This document shows positions 35,967-45,053 of a DNA stretch of 64,000 nt, piece after piece; within the stretch, counting starts at the first letter, position 1; the number at the start of each line of letters is the position of its first letter. The notes under the pieces were generated by a model. That model made no database searches. It was not told the origin of the DNA and was given only the letters and a program-made list of their open reading frames with translations. The translations under genes and the position numbers were made by a program. Origin of the DNA: Blastocatellia bacterium (lineage in GTDB: Bacteria; Acidobacteriota; Blastocatellia; UBA7656). The DNA lies in NCBI GenBank assembly GCA_963765495.1, contig CAVXWP010000001.1, positions 64,001 to 128,000 of the forward strand, written 5' to 3'.

Positions 35967-36887
35967 ATGGCAAATCTTCAAGATATTCGACGGCGAATTC
36001 GATCCGTCAAAAACATGCAACAGATAACCCGGGCCATGAAGCTTGTGTCGGCGGCCAAGCTTCGCCGCGCGCAGGATCGCGTGATCGCGGCTCGCCCTTA
36101 CGCAAACACGATGATCAGCATGCTTTCGCGGCTTTCGCGGCGGGCGGGCGATTTCAAGCACCCGCTCATGGATGCTCGCGGCGATGAACACTATCTGTTT
36201 GTGCTTGTGACGGCCGATAAAGGATTGTGCGGCGCTTTCAACACCAATTTGATAAAGGCCGCGCAACGCTTCATGCAAGAGAACGAAGGCAAGCAGATGG
36301 AGATGGTCGCCGTAGGCCGAAAGGGCCGCGACTTCTTTCGTCGCCGGAAAATCTCCATCGTGGGCGAATATATAAACGTCACCGCTCGCGTGGTTGATTA
36401 CGACGATGCCGCCGGAATCGCGCACAGCCTGATGGAGAGGTACACGGCGGAAGATTCGACTATTGACCGCGTGTTTATCATCTATAACGAGTTCAAATCG
36501 GTCCTATCGCAGCGCGTCGTCATCAAGCAACTGCTGCCCATAGGCTCGGACGCATTCGGCACAGGAGGCGAGGCGGCTGACGCGGAAGCTCAGCCTGCCG
36601 AGAGTAAGAAAGACCCCGAAGTGTTTATCGAATATCTCTACGAACAGCCGCCAGCCGAGATATTCGGTCGCCTGCTTCCGCGCTATGTCGAGACGCAGGT
36701 GTTTTACGCGCTGCTCGAATCGGTGGCAAGCGAACACGGCGCGCGGATGACGGCTATGGAATCGGCTTCAAAGAATGCCGGAGAAGTGATAGAGACGCTG
36801 ACTATCAACATGAATCGCGTACGGCAGGCATCGATCACTCGCGAGATCATCGAAATCGTTTCGGGCGCGCAGGCGCTGGAAGGCTGA
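35967..36887 (+). CDS. atpG: ATP synthase F1 gamma subunit
   Basis: MANLQDIRRRIRSVKN..QITRAMKLV, DKGLCG, RQASITREI; the track's N-terminal extension is translated repeat. Confidence 0.97.
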   Translation: MANLQDIRRRIRSVKNMQQITRAMKLVSAAKLRRAQDRVIAARPYANTMISMLSRLSRRAGDFKHPLMDARGDEHYLFVLVTADKGLCGAFNTNLIKAAQRFMQENEGKQMEMVAVGRKGRDFFRRRKISIVGEYINVTARVVDYDDAAGIAHSLMERYTAEDSTIDRVFIIYNEFKSVLSQRVVIKQLLPIGSDAFGTGGEAADAEAQPAESKKDPEVFIEYLYEQPPAEIFGRLLPRYVETQVFYALLESVASEHGARMTAMESASKNAGEVIETLTINMNRVRQASITREIIEIVSGAQALEG

Positions 36888-36926
36888 CGCGATTGATTTG
36901 ATTCGAAGCTGCCCGGAACAAAAGAT

Positions 36927-36969
36927 AAGCCCCGTGCCTTTGGAAAGGGACGGGGCTTTATTACTTTTA
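36927..36969 (+). terminator. Intrinsic terminator after atpG
   Basis: aagccccgtgccttt-gg-aaagggacggggctt followed by tattactttt. Confidence 0.78.
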
Positions 36970-36985
36970 GTATAGTGAAACAGAG

Positions 36986-37456
36986 ATGGCCGAAAGCTTT
37001 ACAACGCGCCCGTCCCCGCTCGCCTACAGGGTAATCAAATACTGGCTGCCGGTAGTGCTCATGATGTCAGCCATGTACTACATGTCTACGGACACCTTTT
37101 CAGGTGACAACACTCGTGGTCTGATTGAAGAGATCTTTGCCTGGCTCTTTTCCGGCGCAAACTCTGCGACGATAGGCGCGCTTAATGTCATCGTGCGAAA
37201 GGCGGCCCACTTTACGGAATATGCCGTGCTGGCCGCGCTGTCGTTCAGGGCGTTTCGCGCCGACAGCCGTTTGAGGTGGCGACTCGGATGGGCCGTATAT
37301 ACGCTCGGAATTGTAGTCACGTGGGCGCTATTGGATGAGTTTCATCAGGCGCACACCCGCACGCGAGGCGCGTCAATTTATGATTCGATGCTCGACACGG
37401 CGGGCGGGCTTTTCATGTTGATTGCGATAGCCGTCTACAATCGCCGGAGAAGATGA
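36986..37456 (+). CDS. VanZ family membrane protein
   Basis: RKAAHFTEYAVL, DEFHQ...R.AS..D..LD. Confidence 0.88.
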   Translation: MAESFTTRPSPLAYRVIKYWLPVVLMMSAMYYMSTDTFSGDNTRGLIEEIFAWLFSGANSATIGALNVIVRKAAHFTEYAVLAALSFRAFRADSRLRWRLGWAVYTLGIVVTWALLDEFHQAHTRTRGASIYDSMLDTAGGLFMLIAIAVYNRRRR

Positions 37457-37475
37457 AAGCTGTCACAATACATTT

Positions 37476-37542
37476 GCCACAGAGGCACAAAGACACAGAG
37501 ATTTTTTCTAATCTTCTCTCTGTGTCTTTGTGCCTCTGTGGC
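37476..37542. repeat. Family C hairpin element between convergent genes
   Basis: gccacagaggcacaaagacacagag ... ctctgtgtctttgtgcctctgtggc, a perfect 25-bp stem. Confidence 0.88.
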
Positions 37543-37556
37543 GTTTTGAACTCTTA

Positions 37557-39011
37557 CTAATTGCTCATTCGCCCGGAAGCGGGCGCGGCCTTCATATTTG
37601 AACCACCGGCTGACATCAATCGTTCGATCTCATCCGGTTCCGACACTATCTTGCCGCTCAACTTGACCAGCCCCTTCTCGGTCACGAGATAATCGTCTTC
37701 AATTCGCACGCCGAGCTTCTCGTCGGGGATGTATATGCCCGGCTCGATTGTGAAGACCGACCCCACGGGCATGGGCTTTGCGTACTCGCCTACGTCGTGC
37801 ACATCCATGCCGACCCAGTGACCAAGCCCGTGAATGAAATACCTGTCGAGCTTGTTGCCCTGCTTGTCGGTCAGGCTGCTGGCCCGCATCACCTCTCTTG
37901 CTACACCGTCCAACTTCGTTATGTTTGATTCGCCCAGTTTGAAAGCCTTCTCGGCGGCGCGTTGAGCTTCGAGCACGAGTTGATAGACTTCGCGCTGGCG
38001 CGGCGTGAATTTGCCCGAAGCCGGATAGGTGCGGGTGATGTCGGCCGTGTAATAACTGTATTCCGCGCCGATGTCTACGACGACCAGATCGCCCGCATCA
38101 ATTTTCTTGCGATTCTCGTTGTAATGCAGGATGGTGGAATAAAACCCCGATCCGACGATTGAGGGAAAGCCAAGGCGTTCGGCCCCGTTGCGGGCGAACG
38201 CGTATTCCAGTGCGGCCTGCACTTCGTATTCATACGCGCCCGGACGGATCGTTTTGGCCGCGTCGCGTTGAGCTTCGCCTGTTATGTCTATGGCCTTTTG
38301 AAGCAGCGCGATTTCAGCAGGCGATTTTATCTTGCGTAATTCGGCTATAAAAGGCGACACGTCTACGATCTGAACGTGAGGGGCTTCCTTGCGAATACGT
38401 TCGATAAACTGATTCTCGCGTGTGATTACGGCGGTCGACCCTTCGGGTATTATCGTATAGAGCTTGGCCGGGGGCTTTGCGCTTCCGTCTTCCACTTTAA
38501 ATGGAGGAGACATCAGGATATCGTGCAGGCGCTCATAAAACTTTTCGGAGCTTGCCACTTCCTCGACGCCGAATTTCTGTTCGGCTTCGGCGCCGGGACC
38601 GATCTGCACACCCGTCCACCTTTCCCGCCGAAGGTTGCGCGGCGGGATGAAAACGATCTCTTTTGCGGCCTTGTCGGCAAGCAACCCTGCGGGGATGAGC
38701 ATCAGGTAGGCGGCAGGCGTCTCGACGCCGGTCAGGTACATAATGTCGTTTTTCTGGCGAAAGCGCGCGACCTCGCCCAGGTCTTCCTCTCGCTGCCCGA
38801 TCAGAACCACGATGCCGTCTTTGAGTTGACTCATCAGCTTTTGCCTGCGGGTGTGATAATCGGCCTTGGGCTGATTGGCAAGCTTATCATCATCGGCGGA
38901 AGCGGGTTGCAAGATGGTCGGGAGAGTGAAAGCGACAATCATCATCGCTACGGCTGCGATCAAGCGCGCGCGCCTGTGGGCGGGATGATCGTGTCGAATA
39001 AAATATCTCAT
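37557..39011 (-). CDS. pepP: Xaa-Pro aminopeptidase (M24B) with probable signal peptide
   Basis: FRQ....YLTG, VDIGAE...YTADITRT, HGLGHWVGMDVHD, TIEPGIY, RIEDD; start uncertain. Confidence 0.9.
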   Translation of the reverse strand: MRYFIRHDHPAHRRARLIAAVAMMIVAFTLPTILQPASADDDKLANQPKADYHTRRQKLMSQLKDGIVVLIGQREEDLGEVARFRQKNDIMYLTGVETPAAYLMLIPAGLLADKAAKEIVFIPPRNLRRERWTGVQIGPGAEAEQKFGVEEVASSEKFYERLHDILMSPPFKVEDGSAKPPAKLYTIIPEGSTAVITRENQFIERIRKEAPHVQIVDVSPFIAELRKIKSPAEIALLQKAIDITGEAQRDAAKTIRPGAYEYEVQAALEYAFARNGAERLGFPSIVGSGFYSTILHYNENRKKIDAGDLVVVDIGAEYSYYTADITRTYPASGKFTPRQREVYQLVLEAQRAAEKAFKLGESNITKLDGVAREVMRASSLTDKQGNKLDRYFIHGLGHWVGMDVHDVGEYAKPMPVGSVFTIEPGIYIPDEKLGVRIEDDYLVTEKGLVKLSGKIVSEPDEIERLMSAGGSNMKAAPASGRMSN

Positions 39012-39125
39012 AAGCAAGTTACCTCGTAGGATTGAAATCATTGCGTCGGTCGTTGAAGCGGCCGTGACCTGAGTATAAAAGCATAACCCGAAACCGCGTT
39101 CGAGCAAAAGCCAATAGGCGACAAC

Positions 39126-39223
39126 TCCGAGTGACGCGTGACGCGTGATTCGAGCAGGTTTGCAAGTTGTTTAAAACCGGCGGCCTGCCCGAAGGTCACG
39201 AATCACGCATCACTCGTCACGGA
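39126..39223. repeat. Family A heptamer-armed hairpin element
   Basis: gtgacgcgtgacgcgtgattcgagcaggtttgcaagttgtttaaaacc...gtcacgaatcacgcatcactcgtcac. Confidence 0.87.
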
Positions 39224-39240
39224 TGAGTTTCGTCTGTGAT

Positions 39241-40185
39241 CTATTGCCCTTGATGTAGCGCCAAAGCTGCCGCTATGCGAGCCGCCACTTCTGCATTGTT
39301 GATGAGGAGCGCACGGTTGGTTTCAAGCGAGCGACCTTCGGTCAGTTCCTTTACTTGAGAGAGCAAAAACGGTGTGAGGGCTTTGCCTCTGATGCCCGAC
39401 CGGGCGGCGCGTTCGAGGGCGCGCTCGGTTGCTTGTTCCATTTGAGCGGGTGGTATCTCAAAGTCCTCAGGCACGGGCGCGCATACGAGCACAGCCGTTT
39501 TACCGCCGCTTTGCCAGTGGAGCACCGCAAGTCGGGCCGCTTCTTCTACGGTATCTACGGCTATGTCTACCGGCAGACCGCTTCGACGGGAGTAGAATGC
39601 CGGAAATTCATCGGTGCCAAAACCGACCACGGGCACGCCAAGCGTTTCCAGATGCTCCCGCGTTTTCGGCAGGTCGAGTATGGACTTGGCTCCCGCTGTA
39701 ACGCATATCAAAGGCAGTCGGGCGAGCGCCGTCATGTCGGCCGATATGTCGAACGAATCGGCTACCCCTCTGTGCACGCCGCCGATTCCCCCGGTCGAAA
39801 AGACCTTCACGCCCGCAATCTCGGCTATCCTCATCGTAGCGGCAACCGTGGTGGCTCCCCATCTTCGCCTGAGCAAAACGGCGGCCATATTGCTCAGATT
39901 TACTTTTTCGACCGGGCCGTCGGGAGCCGCGCCCGTGCCGAACATCTCTATCTCATCCGCGCTCAGTCCCACTTTGACCGTTCCGCCGACAATGCCTATG
40001 GCGGCCGGGACGGCTTCGTGATCGAGTATGGCTTGTTCGGCGGCGCGGGCGGTTTCGATGTTGAGCGGGCGAGGCAGCCCGTGCGCGATCACCGTGGTCT
40101 CGAGCGCGACAACGGGTTTGCCTTCGGCAAGCGCCCGCGATACTCGGTCAGCCAGGCACAGGGTAAAGATGGAATCGCCATTCAT
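39241..40185 (-). CDS. psuG: Pseudouridine-5'-phosphate glycosidase
   Basis: PVVALETTVIAHGLP.P.N, GATTVAATM, TGGIGGVHRG, DISAD, GAKSILD, TPFLL. Confidence 0.95.
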   Translation of the reverse strand: MNGDSIFTLCLADRVSRALAEGKPVVALETTVIAHGLPRPLNIETARAAEQAILDHEAVPAAIGIVGGTVKVGLSADEIEMFGTGAAPDGPVEKVNLSNMAAVLLRRRWGATTVAATMRIAEIAGVKVFSTGGIGGVHRGVADSFDISADMTALARLPLICVTAGAKSILDLPKTREHLETLGVPVVGFGTDEFPAFYSRRSGLPVDIAVDTVEEAARLAVLHWQSGGKTAVLVCAPVPEDFEIPPAQMEQATERALERAARSGIRGKALTPFLLSQVKELTEGRSLETNRALLINNAEVAARIAAALALHQGQ

Positions 40186-40203
40186 GATTTAAGCAGTTTC
40201 GGA

Positions 40204-40743
40204 TTAAGCTTTTTCGATCCGGTTTCTAATGTCGTCGAAGAAAAGGACGGGCGCGGAAGATTCGGCGGAAAGCTCTTCGGAGAGCGCATTTTGCCATGCG
40301 ACTATCTCTACGCGAATGCCGAGCCCCTTAAGGAATTTCACGGTTTCGAGATAATCCCTGTCGCCCGAGACCAGAATCGCGGTCTCGTAAGACTGATTCA
40401 TTCCGAGCATAAGCATCTTTGTGGCGAGCCCCACGTCGACGCCTTTTTCGACGGGTACGGTTTTGGTATGTCGGCACTTGCTACAGGTGATAGTTCTTTT
40501 TCCGAGCGCGTAAATAGAGACTTCCCACCGCAGTTCTTCTTTGAGAAAGGTGTAAAAGGCTGTCTCTTCGTCTCGCGGCGGGTCCTGTTGAGATGCGAAA
40601 TAATAGGTTTGCCATATCTGGCTGTCCTGCTCCAGATATTGCAGGAATTTCTGCCAGTCGATTCGCCATCCGGCGGTTTGCTGTCCGTAAAATATATTGC
40701 CGTTATCAATAAAGCAGATTGTTTTTCCGCGTGTTGCCGACAT
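40204..40743 (-). CDS. NYN domain (LabA/DUF88, PIN-like) putative ribonuclease
   Basis: FIDNGN, EKGVDVGL, LVSGDRDY, G.RVE; start at MSATRG. Confidence 0.88.
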   Translation of the reverse strand: MSATRGKTICFIDNGNIFYGQQTAGWRIDWQKFLQYLEQDSQIWQTYYFASQQDPPRDEETAFYTFLKEELRWEVSIYALGKRTITCSKCRHTKTVPVEKGVDVGLATKMLMLGMNQSYETAILVSGDRDYLETVKFLKGLGIRVEIVAWQNALSEELSAESSAPVLFFDDIRNRIEKA

Positions 40744-41010
40744 TCTCGTCTCCGTTTGCAGAGTATTTCGGGTGGGCCGCGTCTTTGCCCCGACCGACCG
40801 ACCTGCTGATGATAGTTGATGGCGGTTTGAAAACAAAGCCTCGAACGCCAGAGCCTTTGAAATTCTCACGATCAATGGTTTCTTTCGATCTCGGCAGGTA
40901 TTTATCAGGCGATAAGGTTTTACACCGGGCAGGCTGCGAGTATACTCTTGATATTTGAAGTCACAAGCTCTGATCAAAGGACGCTTATATTGTTTGGGAG
41001 GGTAACGAAT

Positions 41011-42300
41011 ATGCCGATGAATGATGTCATAGCGGTGATACTTGGAGGAGGTGTAGGGCAGAGGCTTTACCCGCTGACCAAGCTGAGGGCGAAACCCGCA
41101 GTGCCGCTTGGAGGCAAGTACAGGCTCATTGATATACCCGTATCAAACTGTATAAACTCCGACATACATCGCATCTTCATTCTCACGCAATTCAACTCCG
41201 CGTCGCTCAATCGCCACATTGCGCGCACATATCGCTTCAGCCGGTTCACAAACGGTTTTGTGGAAGTGCTCGCGGCAGAGATGACTCCCGAACGGCCCGA
41301 CTGGTTTCAGGGAACGGCCGACGCCGTGCGCCAGAGCTTTCATCATTTCGACAACTACAAGGGCGAAACCATACTGGTGCTTGCGGGCGACCATCTCTAT
41401 CGCATGGACTATCGCAAGTTTATAGCCGAGCACGAGAAATCGGGTGCCGATGTTACGGTAGGCGTGACGGCGGCGCGCGAAGATGAGGCTTCGAGTTTCG
41501 GGCTGCTCAAGATAGACAGCACCGGGCGCATAATTGAGTTCAGCGAAAAGCCGAAGGGCGAGGCGCTTGAGCCGATGCGGGTTGATACGAGCGTGCTGGG
41601 GCTTTCGCCCGAGCAGGCTGCGCGCCGCCCGTTTCTCGCTTCTATGGGCATTTATATCTTCAGGAAAGAAGTAGCCCGCAATCTGCTTCATAATGTAATG
41701 CCCTCGGCGGTCGATTTCGGCAAAGAGGTCTTGCCCGGCGCGCTTTCCGACATCAACGTGCAGGCGTTTTTGTTTGACGATTACTGGGAAGACATCGGAA
41801 CGATAGGCGCTTTCTATCGCGCAAACATGGAGATGACACTGCCTTTGCCTGCTTTCAATTTCTTTGATGCCGACGCGCCCATCTACACGCGGCCTCGTTA
41901 CCTGCCCGGCTCAAAGCTGCTTGATTGCCACATCGAAAGCTCTATCATAACCGAAGGGTGCATAATAAACGGGGCTACCATTGATGATTCGATCATCGGA
42001 ATCCGCAGCCGGATCGAGCACGGCGCGAAACTGGAAGGCGTGCTGATGATGGGAGCCGATTTTTATCAATCGCTTGATGAGTTGCAGCAGGACATAGACC
42101 GGGGCCACCCGCGCATAGGGGTCGGGCCAAACTGTAATATACGCCGCACGATAATTGACAAGAACGCGCGCATAGGCGCAGGCGTGCAGATCCTAAACGA
42201 TGCGGAACGCCGCGAATATGATGGAGACGGTTACTTCATACGCGACGGCATAGTGATCGTCCCAAAAAATGGTGTGATTCGCGACGGGACAGTCATCTGA
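41011..42300 (+). CDS. glgC: Glucose-1-phosphate adenylyltransferase
   Basis: [38 protein letters not shown]. Confidence 0.97.
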   Translation: MPMNDVIAVILGGGVGQRLYPLTKLRAKPAVPLGGKYRLIDIPVSNCINSDIHRIFILTQFNSASLNRHIARTYRFSRFTNGFVEVLAAEMTPERPDWFQGTADAVRQSFHHFDNYKGETILVLAGDHLYRMDYRKFIAEHEKSGADVTVGVTAAREDEASSFGLLKIDSTGRIIEFSEKPKGEALEPMRVDTSVLGLSPEQAARRPFLASMGIYIFRKEVARNLLHNVMPSAVDFGKEVLPGALSDINVQAFLFDDYWEDIGTIGAFYRANMEMTLPLPAFNFFDADAPIYTRPRYLPGSKLLDCHIESSIITEGCIINGATIDDSIIGIRSRIEHGAKLEGVLMMGADFYQSLDELQQDIDRGHPRIGVGPNCNIRRTIIDKNARIGAGVQILNDAERREYDGDGYFIRDGIVIVPKNGVIRDGTVI

Positions 42301-42330
42301 ACGGGCATCTGACCGGGAGAGCCGAGTGAT

Positions 42331-42645
42331 ATGCCGACCTTTGATCGTGACCACGAAGACTTAACGATCCCCGAGAGCAAGCGGAAGATTAAGAAGCCGC
42401 CGCTCTACAAAGTCTTGCTCCACAACGACAACTATACGACCATGGATTTCGTGGTCTATGTCCTGACCGAGGTCTTTCACAAATCGGAAAGCGAGGCTGT
42501 GAGGATAATGCTTCAGGTCCATCAACAGGGCGTAGGCATAGCGGGCGTCTTCACCTTCGAGATAGCCGAGATGAAGACGGCAAGAGTGACAGCGCTTGCG
42601 CGCCAGCACGAATACCCTTTGCTTTGCACTCTGCAAGAGGAGTGA
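42331..42645 (+). CDS. clpS: Clp protease adaptor ClpS
   Basis: YKVLLHNDNYTTMDFVV, MLQVHQQG, YPL. Confidence 0.97.
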   Translation: MPTFDRDHEDLTIPESKRKIKKPPLYKVLLHNDNYTTMDFVVYVLTEVFHKSESEAVRIMLQVHQQGVGIAGVFTFEIAEMKTARVTALARQHEYPLLCTLQEE

Positions 42646-42677
42646 TTTGAGATTTGAGATTTGAGATCGAATTTCGA
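42644..42677 (+). repeat. Family G heptamer tract (GATTTGA)x3 between clpS and clpA
   Basis: gatttgagatttgagatttgagatcgaatttcga; related tracts near 34239-34267 and 55057-55085. Confidence 0.75.
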
Positions 42678-42685
42678 GAATAGAG

Positions 42686-44941
42686 ATGATTACCAGAGAG
42701 TTACAGGTCACATTGAATCGAGCGGTCGCCGAGGCGGTTGACCGTCGGCACGAGTTTCTTACGCTGGAGCATTTTTTGTACGCCTTGCTTGAAGACCACA
42801 CTGCCAGGGATGTGATAGTCCATTGCGGCGGCGACATAAACACGCTGAAGCGCGATCTGGAAGATTTCTTTGCCGAGCGCCTCGAACAATTGCCCGAAGG
42901 CGAAGATCAGACCCCCGAACAGACCCCATCCTTTCAGCGCGTGTTGCAGCGCGCCGTGCTTCAGGCTCAGGGGTCGGGTCAGGAACAGATTGACGGCGGC
43001 AACATACTGGCCGCGCTTTACAACGAGCGCCGGTCAACGGCCGTTTACTTCCTTGAGCGACAGGGCATCACCCGGCTCGATGTGCTCAACTACATCTCGC
43101 ACGGCATCTCGAAGATAACCGACGAGCCCGACGCGGGTTTCGGTGAGTCGGAGATCGAAGATGAAGAGGCGGGCGCACCTCCCGTTCGCGACCCGCTCGC
43201 AGCCTTTACGGTCAATCTGGTAGAGCGAGCCGCAAAAGGAAGAATCGACCCTCTGATAGGCCGCGCTTCAGAAGTCGAGCGCACCGTGCAGGTGCTTTGC
43301 CGCAGACGGAAAAACAATCCCATTTACGTGGGCGATCCCGGCGTGGGGAAGACCGCGATAGCCGAAGGGCTCGCCCTGAAAATCCATCGCGGCGAAGTGC
43401 CGGAAGTGCTCGCAACGTCGGAAATCTACGCGCTCGATATGGGGGCGTTGCTTGCGGGAACGAAGTACCGGGGCGAGTTCGAGCAACGGCTCAAGGCTGT
43501 AATAGTGGCGCTTGTGAAGCGAAAAAACGCGATCCTCTTCATAGACGAGATTCACACGATAGTCGGCGCGGGCGCGGTGAGCGGCGGCTCGATGGATGCT
43601 TCGAACATACTAAAACCGGTGCTCGCCTCGGGCGAGTTGCGCTGCATAGGCTCTACGACCTACCCCGAGTACAAAAGCTCGTTTGAGCGCGACCGGGCGC
43701 TTGCTCGTCGCTTCCAGAAGATCGAGATTTCAGAAGCCAATGTCGAAGACACGGTCAAGATACTTGAAGGGCTGAAGGGATACTACGAAGATCATCACGG
43801 CGTGCGCTTTACTCATCCTTCGCTGAGAGCGGCGGCCGAGCTTGCGGCAAAACACATAAACGACAGGTTTCTGCCCGATAAGGCTATAGACGTAGTGGAT
43901 GAAGCGGGCGCGGCTGTAAAGCTTCTGCCGCCAAACCGTAGGCCAAAAACGATCCAGCCTAAAGACATCGAGATAGTAGTCGCGCGCATGGCAAAGATTC
44001 CGCCTCGAACCGTTTCGGTCTCTGACAAGGAGCGGCTGCAAAATCTGGAAGGCGATCTTCGGGCGGTCATATTCGGGCAGGATCAGGCGATAAGTCAGAT
44101 CGTCAAAGCGATCAAGCTCTCGCGTTCGGGGCTTGGCCACCCGGAAAAGCCCATCGGCTCGTTTCTGTTCTCAGGCCCGACGGGGGTCGGCAAGACCGAG
44201 CTTTCAAAACAGCTTGCCCTGTCGCTTGGCGTCGAGTTCCTCCGCTTCGATATGAGCGAGTACATGGAAAAACATACCGTGTCTCGATTGATCGGAGCGC
44301 CTCCGGGCTATGTCGGCTTCGATCAGGGCGGGTTGCTTACGGACGCTATCAACCGGAATCCTTATGCGGTGCTGGTTCTGGATGAGATCGAAAAGGCTCA
44401 TCCCGATCTGTTCAATATTTTGTTGCAGGTCATGGACCACGCTACGCTGACGGACAACAACGGCAAGAAGGCCGATTTTCGCAACGTGATATTGATTATG
44501 ACGACAAACGCCGGGGCGCGCGAAGTGAGCGCCGAGGGGATAGGTTTTTCCAGAGGCAGTTCTTCGGGCAGCAAGGGCAAAGGCGCTATCGAGCGCACAT
44601 TCAGCCCGGAATTTCGCAACCGGCTCGACGGATGGATAGCCTTCGATTCGCTCGGCACTGATGCGGTCGAGCGCGTGGTCGATAAGTTCATCAAGGAAGT
44701 GCGCGATCAGATCGAAGAGAAAAAAGTCAGCATCGAATTGCGGGAAGCGGCCAGGCAATGGCTGGCCACGCACGGCTATGACAAGCTGTTTGGCGCGCGC
44801 CCCATGGGCCGTCTGATTCAGGCAAAGATCAAAGAGCCGCTGGCCGAAGAGATTTTATTCGGCCAATTGCAATCGGGCGGGCGGCTCGTGATTGATGTCA
44901 AGGACGGCGAATTGTCACTTGAATTCGAAAGCGCCGACTAA
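42686..44941 (+). CDS. clpA: ATP-dependent Clp protease ATP-binding subunit ClpA
   Basis: [25 protein letters not shown], follows clpS. Confidence 0.97.
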   Translation: MITRELQVTLNRAVAEAVDRRHEFLTLEHFLYALLEDHTARDVIVHCGGDINTLKRDLEDFFAERLEQLPEGEDQTPEQTPSFQRVLQRAVLQAQGSGQEQIDGGNILAALYNERRSTAVYFLERQGITRLDVLNYISHGISKITDEPDAGFGESEIEDEEAGAPPVRDPLAAFTVNLVERAAKGRIDPLIGRASEVERTVQVLCRRRKNNPIYVGDPGVGKTAIAEGLALKIHRGEVPEVLATSEIYALDMGALLAGTKYRGEFEQRLKAVIVALVKRKNAILFIDEIHTIVGAGAVSGGSMDASNILKPVLASGELRCIGSTTYPEYKSSFERDRALARRFQKIEISEANVEDTVKILEGLKGYYEDHHGVRFTHPSLRAAAELAAKHINDRFLPDKAIDVVDEAGAAVKLLPPNRRPKTIQPKDIEIVVARMAKIPPRTVSVSDKERLQNLEGDLRAVIFGQDQAISQIVKAIKLSRSGLGHPEKPIGSFLFSGPTGVGKTELSKQLALSLGVEFLRFDMSEYMEKHTVSRLIGAPPGYVGFDQGGLLTDAINRNPYAVLVLDEIEKAHPDLFNILLQVMDHATLTDNNGKKADFRNVILIMTTNAGAREVSAEGIGFSRGSSSGSKGKGAIERTFSPEFRNRLDGWIAFDSLGTDAVERVVDKFIKEVRDQIEEKKVSIELREAARQWLATHGYDKLFGARPMGRLIQAKIKEPLAEEILFGQLQSGGRLVIDVKDGELSLEFESAD

Positions 44942-44945
44942 TGCA

Positions 44946-45053
44946 AAGTGATGCGTGATGCGTGATGCGTGATTCGAGCAGGCTGGCAAATTGTCTTTAA
45001 CAGGTAGCCTTTCTGAAAGTCACGAATCACGCATCACGCATTACGCATCACTT
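44946..45053. repeat. Family A heptamer-armed hairpin between convergent genes
   Basis: aagtgatgcgtgatgcgtgatgcgtgattc ... gtcacgaatcacgcatcacgcattacgcatcactt; the right arm contains the stop of 45048..46754. Confidence 0.9.

Noticed and set aside
35085-36425. 446-aa minus-strand ORF
   Set aside because: Antisense to atpA/atpG and reads through a repeat; typical GC-rich shadow ORF.
39355-40809. 484-aa plus-strand ORF
   Set aside because: Antisense to psuG and the NYN gene, both of which have clear family motifs.
40744-40977. N-terminal 78 aa of the NYN ORF and the overlapping glgC extension
   Set aside because: Non-conserved-looking sequence in a divergent promoter region; family motifs begin at 40743 and 41011.
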